Part shown: piece after piece, positions 33,147 to 51,700 of the stretch
How the letters are laid out: each line of letters opens with the position of its first letter
How positions within the stretch are numbered: position 1 is the stretch's first letter
Assembly: GCA_012295275.1 (NCBI GenBank)
Contig: CM022672.1
Coordinates: forward strand, 24,676,001 to 24,740,000
Source: Chrysomallon squamiferum
Lineage: Eukaryota; Animalia; Mollusca
DNA length: 64,000 nucleotides
Direction: 5' to 3'
Translations under genes and position numbers: made by a program
Notes under the pieces: model-generated
What the model saw: only the letters and a program-made list of their open reading frames with translations
Told to the model about the DNA's origin: nothing
Databases searched by the model: none

Positions 33147-34840
33147 GAAAGAACAGAAAATATATAAATATGTTTGTTAAAACAGTTATGGATTCTATAA
33201 TTTCTTATACAGGCTCGCTGTTCTACATGTGCAATAGACGTATTGATTTGTTATCTAACTGCGCAGTTGTTATACACACTTTTATCACAGATTCCACAAG
33301 CGACTGGACACAGTATTTTAATCAGGTGGTTTGTCTGGCAGTATAAAGTGTTGGTAAAATTCTTACAGCTTTTCGATTCATCAATGCACTGAGGCTTCGG
33401 AACTAAAATGATAAAACTAATTGTTAATATAAATAACAAAAAAAAAAGAATAATACAAGTCAATTAAAATTAAAATGTTTATAACATAAAAAGTAAAAAA
33501 GCTACAAAAAAAAAAAAATCAAAACAAAAAAAAAAACAACAACAACAAAACAATTATAAAATGAGAAATGACGTAATAGCTATATATATATATATATATT
33601 ACTAGTTATAAACTAAGAAATATATTTTTTTTAGCATATTAGAACTAAAATCGTAAATATCATTTGTTTTTAAAAGTAATGTATATGAATAAATTCATTT
33701 ACTATTTGTTACCTTCTAATAGTTTTAAAACATAACTGTTAGCTGTATAAATGTTATTCATTTTAATTAATTTTATTAGGATCTTGAAACTCACGATGAT
33801 AGCATGAATTACATGCTTTAGGACACAATTTTCGGACAAGATGAAAATTTTCACAATAATGACTTATGTTGTGCAAATCTTCACAAGTTGGATCGAGGTT
33901 TATACACAATTTACTTGCTGCTGACGAAAGAAATATTATATAATATATATATTTTTAAAAATAACCACAAAAACTGTTTCTCTCCAAAACCGAGAAGAAG
34001 ATCTGTGAGAACACACATCAGCAACCTTGCCAGTTTACTAATTTAAGATTTTTCATTTGTTTTTGTGTGAGTTGACGTGTGTGTTAATAAAATATCAACA
34101 TATTTTGCTATTGTTTCAAAGCAGAAGGGGACTTAAGAATGCTGAAAGTAAAACATTTCAAAAACATTAAAATAATTAACTTAAATTTCTAAATATACTT
34201 GATATTTTATATATGGGTTTTAGAAGCAGACTTAAGGGAAAAAGAACTTCAGTATAGAACAAGTACCTCTGAATTTTGGTTTTTCGTTTGTTGACCTTTC
34301 GTCATCTGGAAATAAAAAAATAAAAAAAATAAAATAAAATAAATAACAGAGACAAAATTTACTTTAAAATATCATTTGGTTATTCCATGTCGAAACATAT
34401 TTTGTAATATTTTAATATTTAAAATACTAATGAGTAAACAGCAATATATTAATTAAGAGCTGGAAATCTTCTCTCTATATAAACAGGTTGAAAACAAAAC
34501 TGATATTTTAGTACCTGGACATAATTTACAGTATTGTGGACACTTTTTAACACTCTCCACAGGATCACGACAGATAGCAAAGGTTTCGTCTGCTCCAGCA
34601 CAGTCCACTGTAGACGAATCCAGACACAGTGGAGTCAGCGAACACGTAACTCGAAATATCAAGAAAACTGTGATATTCAAACATATTAAAACGTATATTG
34701 TATTAGAGGAGAGAAAAAAGTATAATCTGGTACGTAACGGAATACGAACGATAGTTAGAGTTAATATTTAGTTTTAGAAAACGACAGACAAAAAGAAAAT
34801 GTTCGGAATTACCTGTTAAAGTAACCAGTAGATTAAACAT
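31678..34840 (-). CDS. Secreted protein A: signal peptide, 3 ShKT domains, Ser/Thr mucin-like tract and C-terminal Cys-rich (three-finger/LU-like) domain
   Basis: Exons 34840-34813, 34667-34515, 34305-34267, 33920-33795, 33402-33280, 32768-(donor uncertain), 32236-32104, 31861-31678. N-terminus MFNLLVTLTVFLIFRVTCS. Six-Cys units end CPQYCKLC, CPKACNSC and CPVACGIC. The tail is ECTYCCITSLCN. An in-frame TAA at 32484-32482 interrupts the Thr-rich exon. Confidence 0.8.
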
Positions 34841-36056
34841 GTTGTCCCCAGCTCTGGATTTTTGTAGAATCTTGAGTAGTTCTGTGAAAAAGATATATAT
34901 ATATATATATAATTATATAATTATATATTTTAGCCATTAACTGAAAACTAACTTTAAGATTCCGTATAATTATTTGTAAGAATCTGCCAGTGCAGATATT
35001 TTTTTATCTGATACTTATCTTTACATTTTATATCTACTATAAAGTACAAATACATTTGATTTATTTGTTACATTGCATTATACCAAAACCTGGTCACAAA
35101 TGAAGAAAGAAAGTTTATTTCTCAAATGGTGACGTATTTTGTATTATTATAGATTATTAGGATCAGTCAAGTCTTATAGCACGCACAGAAAACTAGTCAC
35201 TTTTAAAAAATATCTAAACTTGTCAGTTAGTAGCTATATATATATTAATTTAATACTTTCCCATGAACCCTGAATATCTTTCATATCTCGATTCGAGTGG
35301 CATCTAGGTCAGCTGACAAAGCAATGCAGATTAACAAGAGCCATAGTTTAGTTTATCATCGGTAGATATGAATTACTTTTTTGTACATAAATTAATGCCA
35401 AGAAAAGTTTGACCAAAATGTGCCATCGCATACCGTAAAATTAAGTTTTAATTATTATCTCGTCTTTACTTTAGACAAAAAAAAAAAAAAAAAAACAACT
35501 AATAAGTATTTGAAAAATGATATATACTGGTAAAATGCATTTATTAATCTGAACAGAAACTTCAGACCCGTATACGAAATGATAATGAAAAGAAAGTAAT
35601 TACATAAAATAAACTCACATTCAGACTGGGTTAGTATACAAACTTTTACAGCCGCCTGAAGATTGCATGGGAAATTAACACATGTTAAACCGTTCTCATG
35701 ATGTAATCAGAACTATTTCAACGCAGACTCTAGGATAAATATACAATGGGAGAAAAATTCTTATCTTAATAATACACTGATCGTATAAAATTTATAAAAT
35801 TTATTGTTTTATCCATTTTTTATTACTGCAAAACCTCTTAAAGATTTTTCGGTACAGACACATTAAAATAAGAAGATGAAGAAGAAGAAGAACATCAACA
35901 ACAACAAACAAAAACAGCAAGAAGAAGAAACCTTCAAGCAAACTCATAATTCTGTGATAAGAAATAACGTTTCAAAATTTTATTAGTCTATGTTTAGAAA
36001 CATATAATTTATTGCCGTATATTTAAAAAATGTTTTATTTATGATGTTCTTTTATT

Positions 36057-36097
<41 letters not shown>

Positions 36098-36924
36098 GTT
36101 TACTGAAATTAGAACTTATCTGTAGAACATGAAAATAGGTATCTCCACATTTTTCTTTCGGAAATGAAGGAAAACGTTCTTGGCGTTTTGGCGTTGTTAA
36201 ATTTCGTGCTGGCTTAAAACTTTCTCAGCTGATTGCTGAATCTTCGGAACTTACTGTTCACTATCGTATCTGCTACTGTGATATTTGTTTTGAAGATTAT
36301 TTCGTGATAATGAACTGTATTAAAAAGATTAACTGTTCTATGGTCAGCTGTACACATGGTTTATTTCACATGGCCAATGTAACCCAGTTCCTTTTGAAAA
36401 CAGACATTTTGAATCTGATACAACTATATGATTTTGTAAGTATGTGTTTCTTTTGTTGTTCATTTTCCAGCTTTAAGACGAATATATATATATTTTTTTA
36501 AACAACTATTTACTTAGATATTTACAAAATAACGCCTAAAAATTAGAAACTTGATAATTCATTCATGAATTTATATCATATAATTAAAAACTGGTAGGGA
36601 AAACGTTTTCATTTTTGTCTTTAAAATATTCAGCAATCATACTACTATGACCACTACCATAATTGCAACCATTCCATCATCAACATCATCACCATCATTA
36701 ATAAATAACAACAACAACAACAACAACAGTAATAGTAATAATTATGAAGATGATGATGATAATGATGGTGATAATTCAGCATAAACAATCCAAGAATTTA
36801 CTTATAATGTTTATGACATGGAATAAAAGAAGTTGTGAAATTTTAATATTATGATACGTCGATTTCAGCTGCTGTTCTAAGACACACGCTGATACTGAAG
36901 TGGAACAATTGGTCAAAACCAGTA

Positions 36925-42405
<5,481 letters not shown>

Positions 42406-42696
42406 CGTTGATTTCAGTATGACAGTAAAACAGAATTAATTAGTTTTCATTTGTTTTCTTATTGTGATTAATAGCCGTGAATTTCTTATATGCATACGTT
42501 CAAAAGGCATACAGTAACAGTACAGAATAAAATAATTAAAATGTTTTAAGATATTTGAACATTTGTTTAACATTTCAAAATATGTTAGTGTTAGTAGTTT
42601 CTCTTTGTCGATATTTATCTGGTTTTATAAAAATGATGTTTATGATAAAGCTACTGTCAACACTGCAGTGCTCACGTTTGTTCATTACCGTCAAGT

Positions 42697-42840
42697 AATA
42701 TTTTTATAAACCTTCCCATAGAAAGCAAAACTCATACTACATCCTTTTGTTGGCAGTGCCTGGAATGGGAAATAATCGAACAGGTTCACTAACTAGAATC
42801 GATCTTATGACACATGCCTCAGGTCAAGTCTACAACCCAA
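42697..42840 (-). mobile_element. Degenerate SINE-like remnant
   Basis: ttttataaaccttcccatagaaagcaaaactcatactacatcc...aatcgatcttatgac..cctcaggtcaag resembles, from memory, the reverse complement of the central and tRNA-derived parts of gastropod SINEs. Confidence 0.4.
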
Positions 42841-43068
42841 CTTATAAATAAACATTCAAACAAGCAAATAAATCCAAAAAAAAAAAAAAAAAAAAACAAC
42901 AAAAAAAAAAAAAAAAAAAAAAAACAACAACAACAACAGATAAATAAATATATAAATAAATAATGATAGATAAAATGAACAAATGAAAGAAAGCAATGTT
43001 AGAGAATCATGTATACAAACCAGAAAATATTAATGCAATGCAAATATAAGAAATGCGATGCACAAATG

Positions 43069-43082
43069 GTTGTCATGGTAAC
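43069..43082. promoter_or_regulatory. Canonical X-box (RFX) motif GTTGTCATGGTAAC
   Basis: Fits GTHNYY-AT-RRNAAC and lies at the start of a CpG-retaining non-coding block 1.3 kb upstream of the lectin ORF. Confidence 0.5.
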
Positions 43083-44382
43083 AGCCGGGGGGGGGAGAGA
43101 AACAACGCGGTTATACATATTGTGTTTGCCCTGCAGCTATTCTGTGTCATACATAAGAGAGTTTGATCACTTTGGTTGAAAATTATGAAATGTGTCTAAA
43201 CAGACACAACTATTTATAATAACGTATTTTCGGGTTATTAATAATTATATAGCGATGGTGACAGCTGAAACAAAACCTGATGAAATCGTTTACTGAATCG
43301 GATCCACTTTCCGGCTCGTACCTTTACGTTTATTTGTTTTCTTATATTTAATAACTTTTCTGCTGCAGTCGGAACTGTACGTATCCTGGGACTCATCTCT
43401 GTTATTAAATTACACACGTTTTATATTCACATTAAAGAATAATTCACTAAGATGGGACTAACCTCACTATTTCACAGCCCCTTTTATGAAACAGTGGATC
43501 CACCCCGGATTTACTACAAAAACGAAACGAAACCTTTGAACGTTTTTACAAGTTAAAGGATTATCTGCCGAGTTCGTTTAAAAGGAAATAACTTTCGTTT
43601 TTGACTTCCAAGAAATGTTAAACATTACTAACCGGTATTTCCTTTTCAGGTCAGAGTGACAAACTTACCTCTATATAATAAAACTCTACAATCTATTCGA
43701 AACCACCAATGCATTAGTGAAACCAAAAAAAAAAAAAAAAAATCCGGATATACGTGCAGTATGTTTATTAAATAAGGCAAATAAATGCCTGGAAGTTAAA
43801 CACCATTACGATCTCACAGCTGTGACAACTGGATTAATATTACACCTACATATCTAGAATATCTAAAATATATTTAGCGCAAGCAAAATTTGCTTTGTAA
43901 AGAGATATTTCTAAATGAGGCCACTGTTGTGAAACGCGACTCTTCTTCCCTTCGTATTATCGTTTTCGTACTGACTGGGTTAAGCTGGTTTGTTACTACA
44001 GATCGTGTCTAGACGAGCTTGGAGTTTTATTCCCGCGAAAGCGTATACGTGAATATTTGTTTCTAACAGCACGAAGTCAAGTGATCAGTAAGTACATTTA
44101 ATTTCTATGCGGATGTGAAATGAACAACTACATCAACGTTAGCACAGATGTAAGAAAGAACATCTTTATAATTGGTTGAAATGTGTTAGATAAATACAGT
44201 AACTGTGTCGGTCGATCTTTCAACGCAACGTTTACTGGTGACCAGTAGTGTCAGAGGTCAGCACGTGACCTGTTTGTAATGGAATATCTGCCGTACTGAA
44301 CTGCAGTGGTTTTCTGAACGTTTATAGACCTATATATAATCTTTTTAAATTATAACAAACAAAAAAAAAAAAAAAAAAAAAA

Positions 44383-45285
44383 ATGGGACAGCAACTATCT
44401 ACTGTAAATGATAATAGCGACAACCAGTATATCAGCCCTCCTGGAATGATTCGCCACTTGAACGGGAAATCTTACATTCATCCTTATGGTGGATCATCAA
44501 ATCCGAGTAATTATACAAAACTGATTGCACATGCTGGATTTCATGAGAATGTTCAGTTTCGTTTTGTACAAGTTGTCGGTCACTGGGGTTACATCGAACA
44601 TGTCAGCAGCGGCAAGTTCCTCCACCCAAAAGGTGGGAGCAAAAATCCTGAAAATGGAACTCCCGTAATTCTTCACAGCGGTAACCACGGAGGGTGCCTG
44701 TTTACATACGACGACGACTACAACGTTATCCAGCACAGAGGAGGATTATACCTTCATCCGGAAGGAGGCAGCAACGATCCCAGTGACAACGTGACGTTAC
44801 TTCTTCACCACGGCGTCCACGACGGAGTGAAATGGTTTCCGGTTAGTGTGGTTGAGCTGCCCGCAGAAGTGTATCCAGTACCGGAAGTGACAGGCCAGTG
44901 GTTTCCCGTGAAACGGACGAAAACCGACGACGAAAACGAATCATCAAAACTGAAGATAAGTATAGGGAGGAAAAAAACAATGTGCACGACATTTCGACAC
45001 TCCTGGATGATTTCATCCGTGGCTTTAAACCGAATATCCAGTTTCATTGAAAACGACAACAAGGAATACGCAGAACTGATGCAGAAAACAGACCAAAGCG
45101 CTTTCGAAGATCCACGAGAATTTGACGCGGAAGCCGGAAGTGACATTGTAATATGGCAGTGGGTTTGGAGTATTAGTCAGTGGGGAGATGGGTGGGACTT
45201 CAAAACTAACATCATTACCCACTCAGACCGTGAAGATAACTGCCCATCACTCACTTCCCCACCCATTTTACTATCCCTTGTATAG
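44383..45285 (+). CDS. Chimera-type mytilectin: galactose-binding beta-trefoil lectin (MytiLec/CGL family) plus a C-terminal aerolysin-like domain; CDS without introns
   Basis: 300-aa ORF with three repeats carrying HPxGGS..P......HxxxH (HPYGGSSNP, HPKGGSKNP, HPEGGSNDP) and WGYIEHVSSGKFLHP, as in MytiLec-1/CGL. The C-terminal 140 aa or so include VIWQWVWSISQWGDGWDFKTNII, like the tail of chimeric mytilectins. Confidence 0.9.
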   Translation: MGQQLSTVNDNSDNQYISPPGMIRHLNGKSYIHPYGGSSNPSNYTKLIAHAGFHENVQFRFVQVVGHWGYIEHVSSGKFLHPKGGSKNPENGTPVILHSGNHGGCLFTYDDDYNVIQHRGGLYLHPEGGSNDPSDNVTLLLHHGVHDGVKWFPVSVVELPAEVYPVPEVTGQWFPVKRTKTDDENESSKLKISIGRKKTMCTTFRHSWMISSVALNRISSFIENDNKEYAELMQKTDQSAFEDPREFDAEAGSDIVIWQWVWSISQWGDGWDFKTNIITHSDREDNCPSLTSPPILLSLV

Positions 45286-46839
45286 ATTTTCTATCAACTA
45301 ATGGATTATTCTTTTGAATATGCCTGCTTTTCAAACCAAAGAGTCTCGCTTAAAACAAAATATTACTGTTTTGCTGGAAGGGGATAATAACTCATATCTA
45401 AGGAACTTTCATATAAATGTTCTCAAAAACTTTATTTACTTGTATAATTTTTGACTATATACACCTACAGTACTATAAGTGTCTGTCTGTCTTTCTGTCT
45501 GTCTATCTATATATCATTGAGAAGTACGTTAGATCAAAAACTGTTGTAGTATTTATACGTTTCGTGGTTATATGCAGTGATCATTACACAAATATATCGT
45601 TTGTGGAGAACACGTGTATGGTGGTGCCTGCCTACCTGTTATGGGTGTGTTTTAATTATTAGCATAAGGATAATGGTTTGGACGATGTATAGGCATCATT
45701 GCATTCCAGAAATTTTATAAAATAATTTGTCTTTTGATATATATATATATATATAAGCTTTATTATTATTTTTTTAATCATTACTTATAATGCTTTTAAC
45801 ATACATTGGTACACGAAGCTTGTATAATTAATGTGTAAACGAATACGCAAATCATTTCAGTAATTTTATCTTTGAAAGACTATAAATTAGAATTCACGGA
45901 GTGCCCATTCAATCACAGTTACTAACTTTCATGTATTTATATATCATTAATCGTTAACATTATTTTTATAATTTATATACTTTGTACCTATAATTAATAA
46001 AATGAGTGTTTTAGCGATACTTCGCATTTGTCTTATTAGTTTAATTTAGTCGTAACGCCACAATATGATTTACATTTGCTGTATGGACTTACATGATAAT
46101 GATGACAATGGTGGTAACAATCATCGGAATTTATAAAGATAAAACTTAGCTCAGAGATAGCCTACGTTTGTCAAACAGCACTGACTTGATCGATGGAATA
46201 ATAAACATAAAATGTTAGTCAATACGCCAGATAACACGAGCCTTGTTTGTCTAGCATGATGCATGTCATGTGCACCAGATTATTTAATGCATGTTTAGGA
46301 CTGATTTCATCCTAAACGTGCGTTAATAATAATTTGTATGATTCTAAGTTGAAACTAAATATGCACAAATTAGGCAATGAATACATACGTGTGTTACGTA
46401 ACATATCCGGAAACTCGTTAAAGAAAAAGATACGCAAACAGCTGGTGACTTGAGGTTTAGCAAAATTCAAAAATAGGTAAATATTTGATAAATTGTCCAA
46501 CCATTTTTTTTTGGATACACGTACATATACACACAAATACTTGCACCCAAACGACTATTCCCAATATACATATATACATGTATATATATATATGTGATTA
46601 AAGAAACGTTAATCATTATTATTAACCTCTTAATACAGCAATTATATTAGAGAGAATGACTATAAAAAAAAAAAAAATCTTAAAATTTAAAGGTACAAAG
46701 TTATTTAATAGTAGAAATTTGATCGGTTCATGGCTAGATAACTTTATTATTCGCCATTATAAATATTATCCTCTAACTCTACAGCTATTTGACTATCGCA
46801 AATGTTCAATCAGACTAAGCCACTGTGTTTTGTCTCCTT

Positions 46840-47512
46840 CAATCTACCATATAACGAACGGATTATACTACGAATATCACTAAATTGAAAGATTTTACCT
46901 ATCAGAATCTCAGAACCCCATTACGAACGAAGGTCCCGATAATGAAGACGGAAGAATATTTCTGAGGAGTCAAGGTAGGATGAGGACAAAGAACAACGAC
47001 AGGTAATTTCAGCCTAAGAACTGAAATATTTTTTCTGGTGCTGGAATAAACTTTCCAAAATTGTTAAGGAATAGCATCCTGATGTTGGTGCTGTAGAAAC
47101 GGGCCTAAATATTTGTAATGACACAGTGATGGCCCAATTCTGAAGGTCCAGCAATCCAGTTTGAAATAGTCAATCCCGGATTCCTTCTACAGACGATCTG
47201 CCTGTAAGACAATCACCAAAGAGGGCTAGGAAGGATGACTCCTCTCCTTTCACCTCTTCTCAGTAAGTATCTCCTCCCCCTCCTCTGCCTCCTAACCTCC
47301 TAGCTCAGAAACAGTAAGGAAAGATAAAGTATTAATAGTATTCTTCATTTCAGAAGTTTAACTGTTTTTACCATTTTACACTATATTTGTCATTTTTAAG
47401 AGGGTGTATTTTGGGGCCAGGAACGGATTACCTCTTATAACATGTATTTCAATGGACCATAGAACGAACGAGGCTCTGGAACCAATTAGATGCGTTATAG
47501 GGTACCCACTCT
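46840..47512 (+). mobile_element. Decayed Tigger/pogo-like DNA transposon remnant
   Basis: Subterminal ACGAAC and GAACGGATTA motifs at both ends, a CT-rich internal tract, and a right end cgttatagggtacccact resembling a pogo-type TIR. No intact transposase. Confidence 0.4.
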
Positions 47513-47606
47513 ATATTTTTTAATTTATTTATTTATTATTTTTTAAAATTTAATTTAATTTAATTTAATTAATTTGTTTTTTTTTTAAATTAAATTAAAT
47601 TAGTTA

Positions 47607-47645
<39 letters not shown>

Positions 47646-47905
47646 TTAAAATTTATTTATTTGTTTGATAGCCAAGCAGGCACCAAGAAGGATTGAACCT
47701 ACGAACTGTCATACTTTGGGGGATAACTTTGTAATATCTGAGCTTCATTTTACTCCTGTTAGTATTTCTTGTCCTCCTCCGTCTGTTATCACTCACTTCT
47801 GTTACTGCTGCTGTCTTTTAAATTCCATTATTAATCTTACGTTATACTGGACTTATTATTATCATCATCATCATCATCATCATTATCATCATCATCATCA
47901 TCATC

Positions 47906-47957
<52 letters not shown>

Positions 47958-48358
47958 TGATGCACTTTTTTTTGACGTCAAGGTTTATAATACTATTGCT
48001 GTCGGAGATTATCAATACTGGCAGTACACCGTTTTATAGTCGATATTACTCCGTTGAAAAAGTCTACACTGAAGTGAGCTTATATTCATTAGAAATAAGC
48101 CGTATCTATCTGTCTATCCGTCTGCTTGTCTGTTTTAAACACTGAAACAAAATGACGTCACTTATACTAGTCTTAAATTGCAAATAAATATCTTTTGAAT
48201 ATAATATTTATTTTTGAAACAACAATAGAGGTTGGCTATAAGATGCTGCTTCCGCTGCTGTTGATGATGATAAGAAAAAACTACAAAAGATGATGAAAAA
48301 AGACAGCTTTCTCAAGTTTCAGACATCTGTCCGAATCATAACATGTTAAAAACGGTCG

Positions 48359-48435
<77 letters not shown>

Positions 48436-49289
48436 GTAATTACGCATGTACGTGTTTCTTTGTGGGTATACGTGCCTGCCTGCTTGAATGCCTGTTTATT
48501 TATTGGTATTGGTGTTTCTATGATTAAAAATGTTCCCACCCAGCGTTAACACCAACTCTAGACTTTAGATCAACTTCTAACACGCAACTCTCTCTCACCT
48601 TGCTAAAAGGTTAACTAAATATACATTACATTTTTTTTTTTGGAAAAAATAAGAAAGAAAGAACTTTTATTGAAATCTCACTTTTAAAATAATCCCTAAC
48701 TCTTTCTATTTAGCATAATGATATTCGTGTTTCTTCAGAACACTCTGTGCAGGTAGCATTAAGATTTGTACAATACAGAAGTTTAAAAAAAAAAACATGT
48801 TATGCAAATTAAAACAATAGAAAAACAACCTATGAAGTAATAAAATAAATAATAAATTATTTAAAAAAAATATCCTGTATGATAACATCTAAATAGAATG
48901 GATAAAATATATACCTATCTTTTTTATCTTTTTTTTTTTTTTTTTTTTTTAAATCGTGAAGTATGAGACAGAATCATGAATAGCTGCTAAATAAATTTTA
49001 TCTCTTTGAAGACAGAACTTAAACAATTTCCATATTTTAACTCACCTCATAATGCATTCACTCCCAGCTGTCAAGAACACTGGCACGATAAAACGTAAAA
49101 TTTTTAAAAAGTTTAAAAAATTAAAAATGCTGAGTTGCTTTTCTCATGCAATGAATCACTGACAAGCACAAAGCATTGGTGTTTAGTGTCCCGTGCATAC
49201 ATACAGCCATTTATCACATCGTTATTTCAACACAAGCATTAAACTAGCTGCAACTACATACATGTAAATTTATTTCAGAAATAATATAT

Positions 49290-49363
<74 letters not shown>

Positions 49364-49913
49364 TATAATGATAATGATAATAATATAATGATGATGATTT
49401 GATGATAATAATTAAAAATATTTATTATTATTATTATTATTAGTTATTATTATTTTTAATTAAAAAAAAAAATTAAATTGAATTAAATTAAATAAGACAG
49501 AATGGAAATTAGAATGTAAATTTGAAAAAAAAAAAAAAAAAAAAAAAAAATTATTATCTCATTGAATCTGATATACACTTCTCTTATCTTCCCCCCCCCA
49601 TTAATATGAAGTATAAATTATTATTATGTGAAAGCTGAATATGCAGCTTTTACAACTTCCTTAGACAGATCGATGACCGAGATAAATGTATTATTAAAAC
49701 TGGCTAGAGAGAAGACAGATAATAATAATAATTAAAAAACAGGAGATGTAAGAAAAAAGAAGGAGAAGGGAAGTAATACAGCAAGATGTGGTGGTGGGGA
49801 AACAGAAAGAAAAATATCAGGGAAATGATGGAAAACAGGAAGGTAATAGGAACAGTGGAAAGGATCACACATATATCAGAAAACGTATGTGTATGTATAT
49901 ATGTATGTATGTA

Positions 49914-50295
49914 CTGTTGATCCTCGATTTCCGGGACCTCGGGAAATTCTAACGTAATCTGGAAAGATAATAAAATCAGAACTTACAGCCATCTCTCACT
50001 TTCCAATTCGGCATGAGTAAATTTTACAACAAGCACCCATATCCATCGTAGCTAACAAAATTCAGCCAGCTTAGCGTTAATTGTTCTGCTGTACATTTTT
50101 CTTTACATGTACTTTATGACATGTATTTGCATTGTTTTTATGTCTGCATATTGTTCTTACATTATTATATTCTTGTATTGTGTAGCTGTTGTATGTAGTA
50201 AAGTTTAATGTTTACATTTGCGATTTCCCAGACGTTTTACATATCCCAGGGACCGGTACTACCCTCTATTAGTCAGTGAAATTGACGGTCAACAG
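49914..50295. mobile_element. MITE (Tc1/mariner-pogo type) with TA target duplication
   Basis: TA|CTGTTGATCCTCGATTTCCGGGAC ... GTCAGTGAAATTGACGGTCAACAG|TA gives imperfect TIRs of about 24 bp, inserted into a (TATG)n tract. Confidence 0.75.
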
Positions 50296-50599
50296 TATGT
50301 ATGTATGTATTATGTATTTTTGTATATATGCATTCATGTATGAATGTACGTAATTACGTACGTTTTTTTATATATGTATGTATGTATGTGTGTAATGTAT
50401 GGGGATGTATGTGTATGTGCGTACAAGTAGATGGATATATCTGTGTGCTTGTGGGTGTATGTGTGTGTGTGTGAGTGTGTGTGTGTGTGAGTGTGCGTGT
50501 GTTAGGGGCTGTATGCACGTATGCGTAAATATTACAGAAGTACTTTGCCTGAGACACGTGTCAGGTCGATAGTCAGACAAACGTCACTGAATGCACAGA

Positions 50600-51700
50600 A
50601 CATCAGTGCCATCTTTATGTAATAAGACACTATCTAAACGATAAAGTAAAAATTCAGACAGGACTGCGCTATTAAATAATATGGATTCGGAGTATTATTT
50701 GAACGATCTTGTCGGTAAACAAACGTTTTTGCAGTCGCATTCAAAGTGAAAGATTTGTTCCACGACAGGTCTTTTGATGTGAGCAAAACCATTGAAATCT
50801 CATCGGTTTAATTTGGTCGCTACAAGGTCAGTGGATGTCTTACTTTTGATAATTTTGCCAATTGATGCCGGTCTTAAACGAGCTAACGTTGTTTGGAACG
50901 ATTGCCACCGAGTTAATTGATTTGGGCCGACTAGGATTCAGGCAGCGTTTGAAAACCCCTGTGATGGGAATGTCAATGGGCGAATCTTGTGTCGCCGAAA
51001 TTGTTTAACGTTAGATTTAATTGAAACAAGTCCGCTCAGGAATCAGAGGCCTGTTTAAAATCGTTATTGCAGTTTATGTTGTTAACTCGATTTCTTTAGA
51101 TGTTAGGAAACAGAAGTCGGATGCCGGAGGAAAAGGAAAGGTTTGATTCGCGATCCTCGGCGAGAAATCGCGTTAAATTAGAGCACCACCCTATCACGCG
51201 TAGGAATCAAATCAAATTTTGTCTTTTCTCATTACGCGAGCAAATGTAGTGCAGAATTGCGCGTCGCGAGCAGACGATAAGGATTTGATTACAAGGCAAA
51301 TCAGACACGCGTCTCTCATGAAATCATTAATAGCATAATTTGCCTCTCGAAATCTTCATGGCTTTTCTCAAGTGGGGATGATGATTGAGAGGCGCGGCTT
51401 GATTTCTGGCTAATGAACTTACACCTCGTCCCATGAAACATGAGTGGAAATTCGGCTGACAAAAGACAGAAGTGGACAGGGTCGCTCCACCAGCTACTCT
51501 TGCTTCTCTGGGGACGAGTTTCTCCTACTGTATACAAACTTGTGCTGGAAGGCAGAGCTAATTTTGTCACATTTGACGGAACGTCAGACACGGTTAGTCG
51601 ACTGTGTTGTTAATGCCGGGTCCAAGGGAGGTGCAACTGTCGGACATTATTTATGGCTATTCTCAACAAGCGGCGTTGAATTCAACGTTTAGATAAAGTA
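50600..51700. promoter_or_regulatory. CpG-rich non-coding block, enhancer-like
   Basis: About 1.1 kb of complex sequence, richer in GC and CpG than its flanks, with no credible ORF or exon. Several TAATTG and TGATT motifs. Confidence 0.4.

Noticed and set aside
44361-44382. Poly-A before the lectin ATG as a sign of retrotransposition or horizontal transfer
   Set aside because: The tract is 5' rather than 3', A-runs are everywhere in this window, no target duplication is visible, and UTR splice signals are present.
51316-51692. ORFs of 82-100 aa in the GC-rich blocks (also 61281-62175)
   Set aside because: They have non-ATG or weak starts, no recognisable domains and no consistent exon structure.
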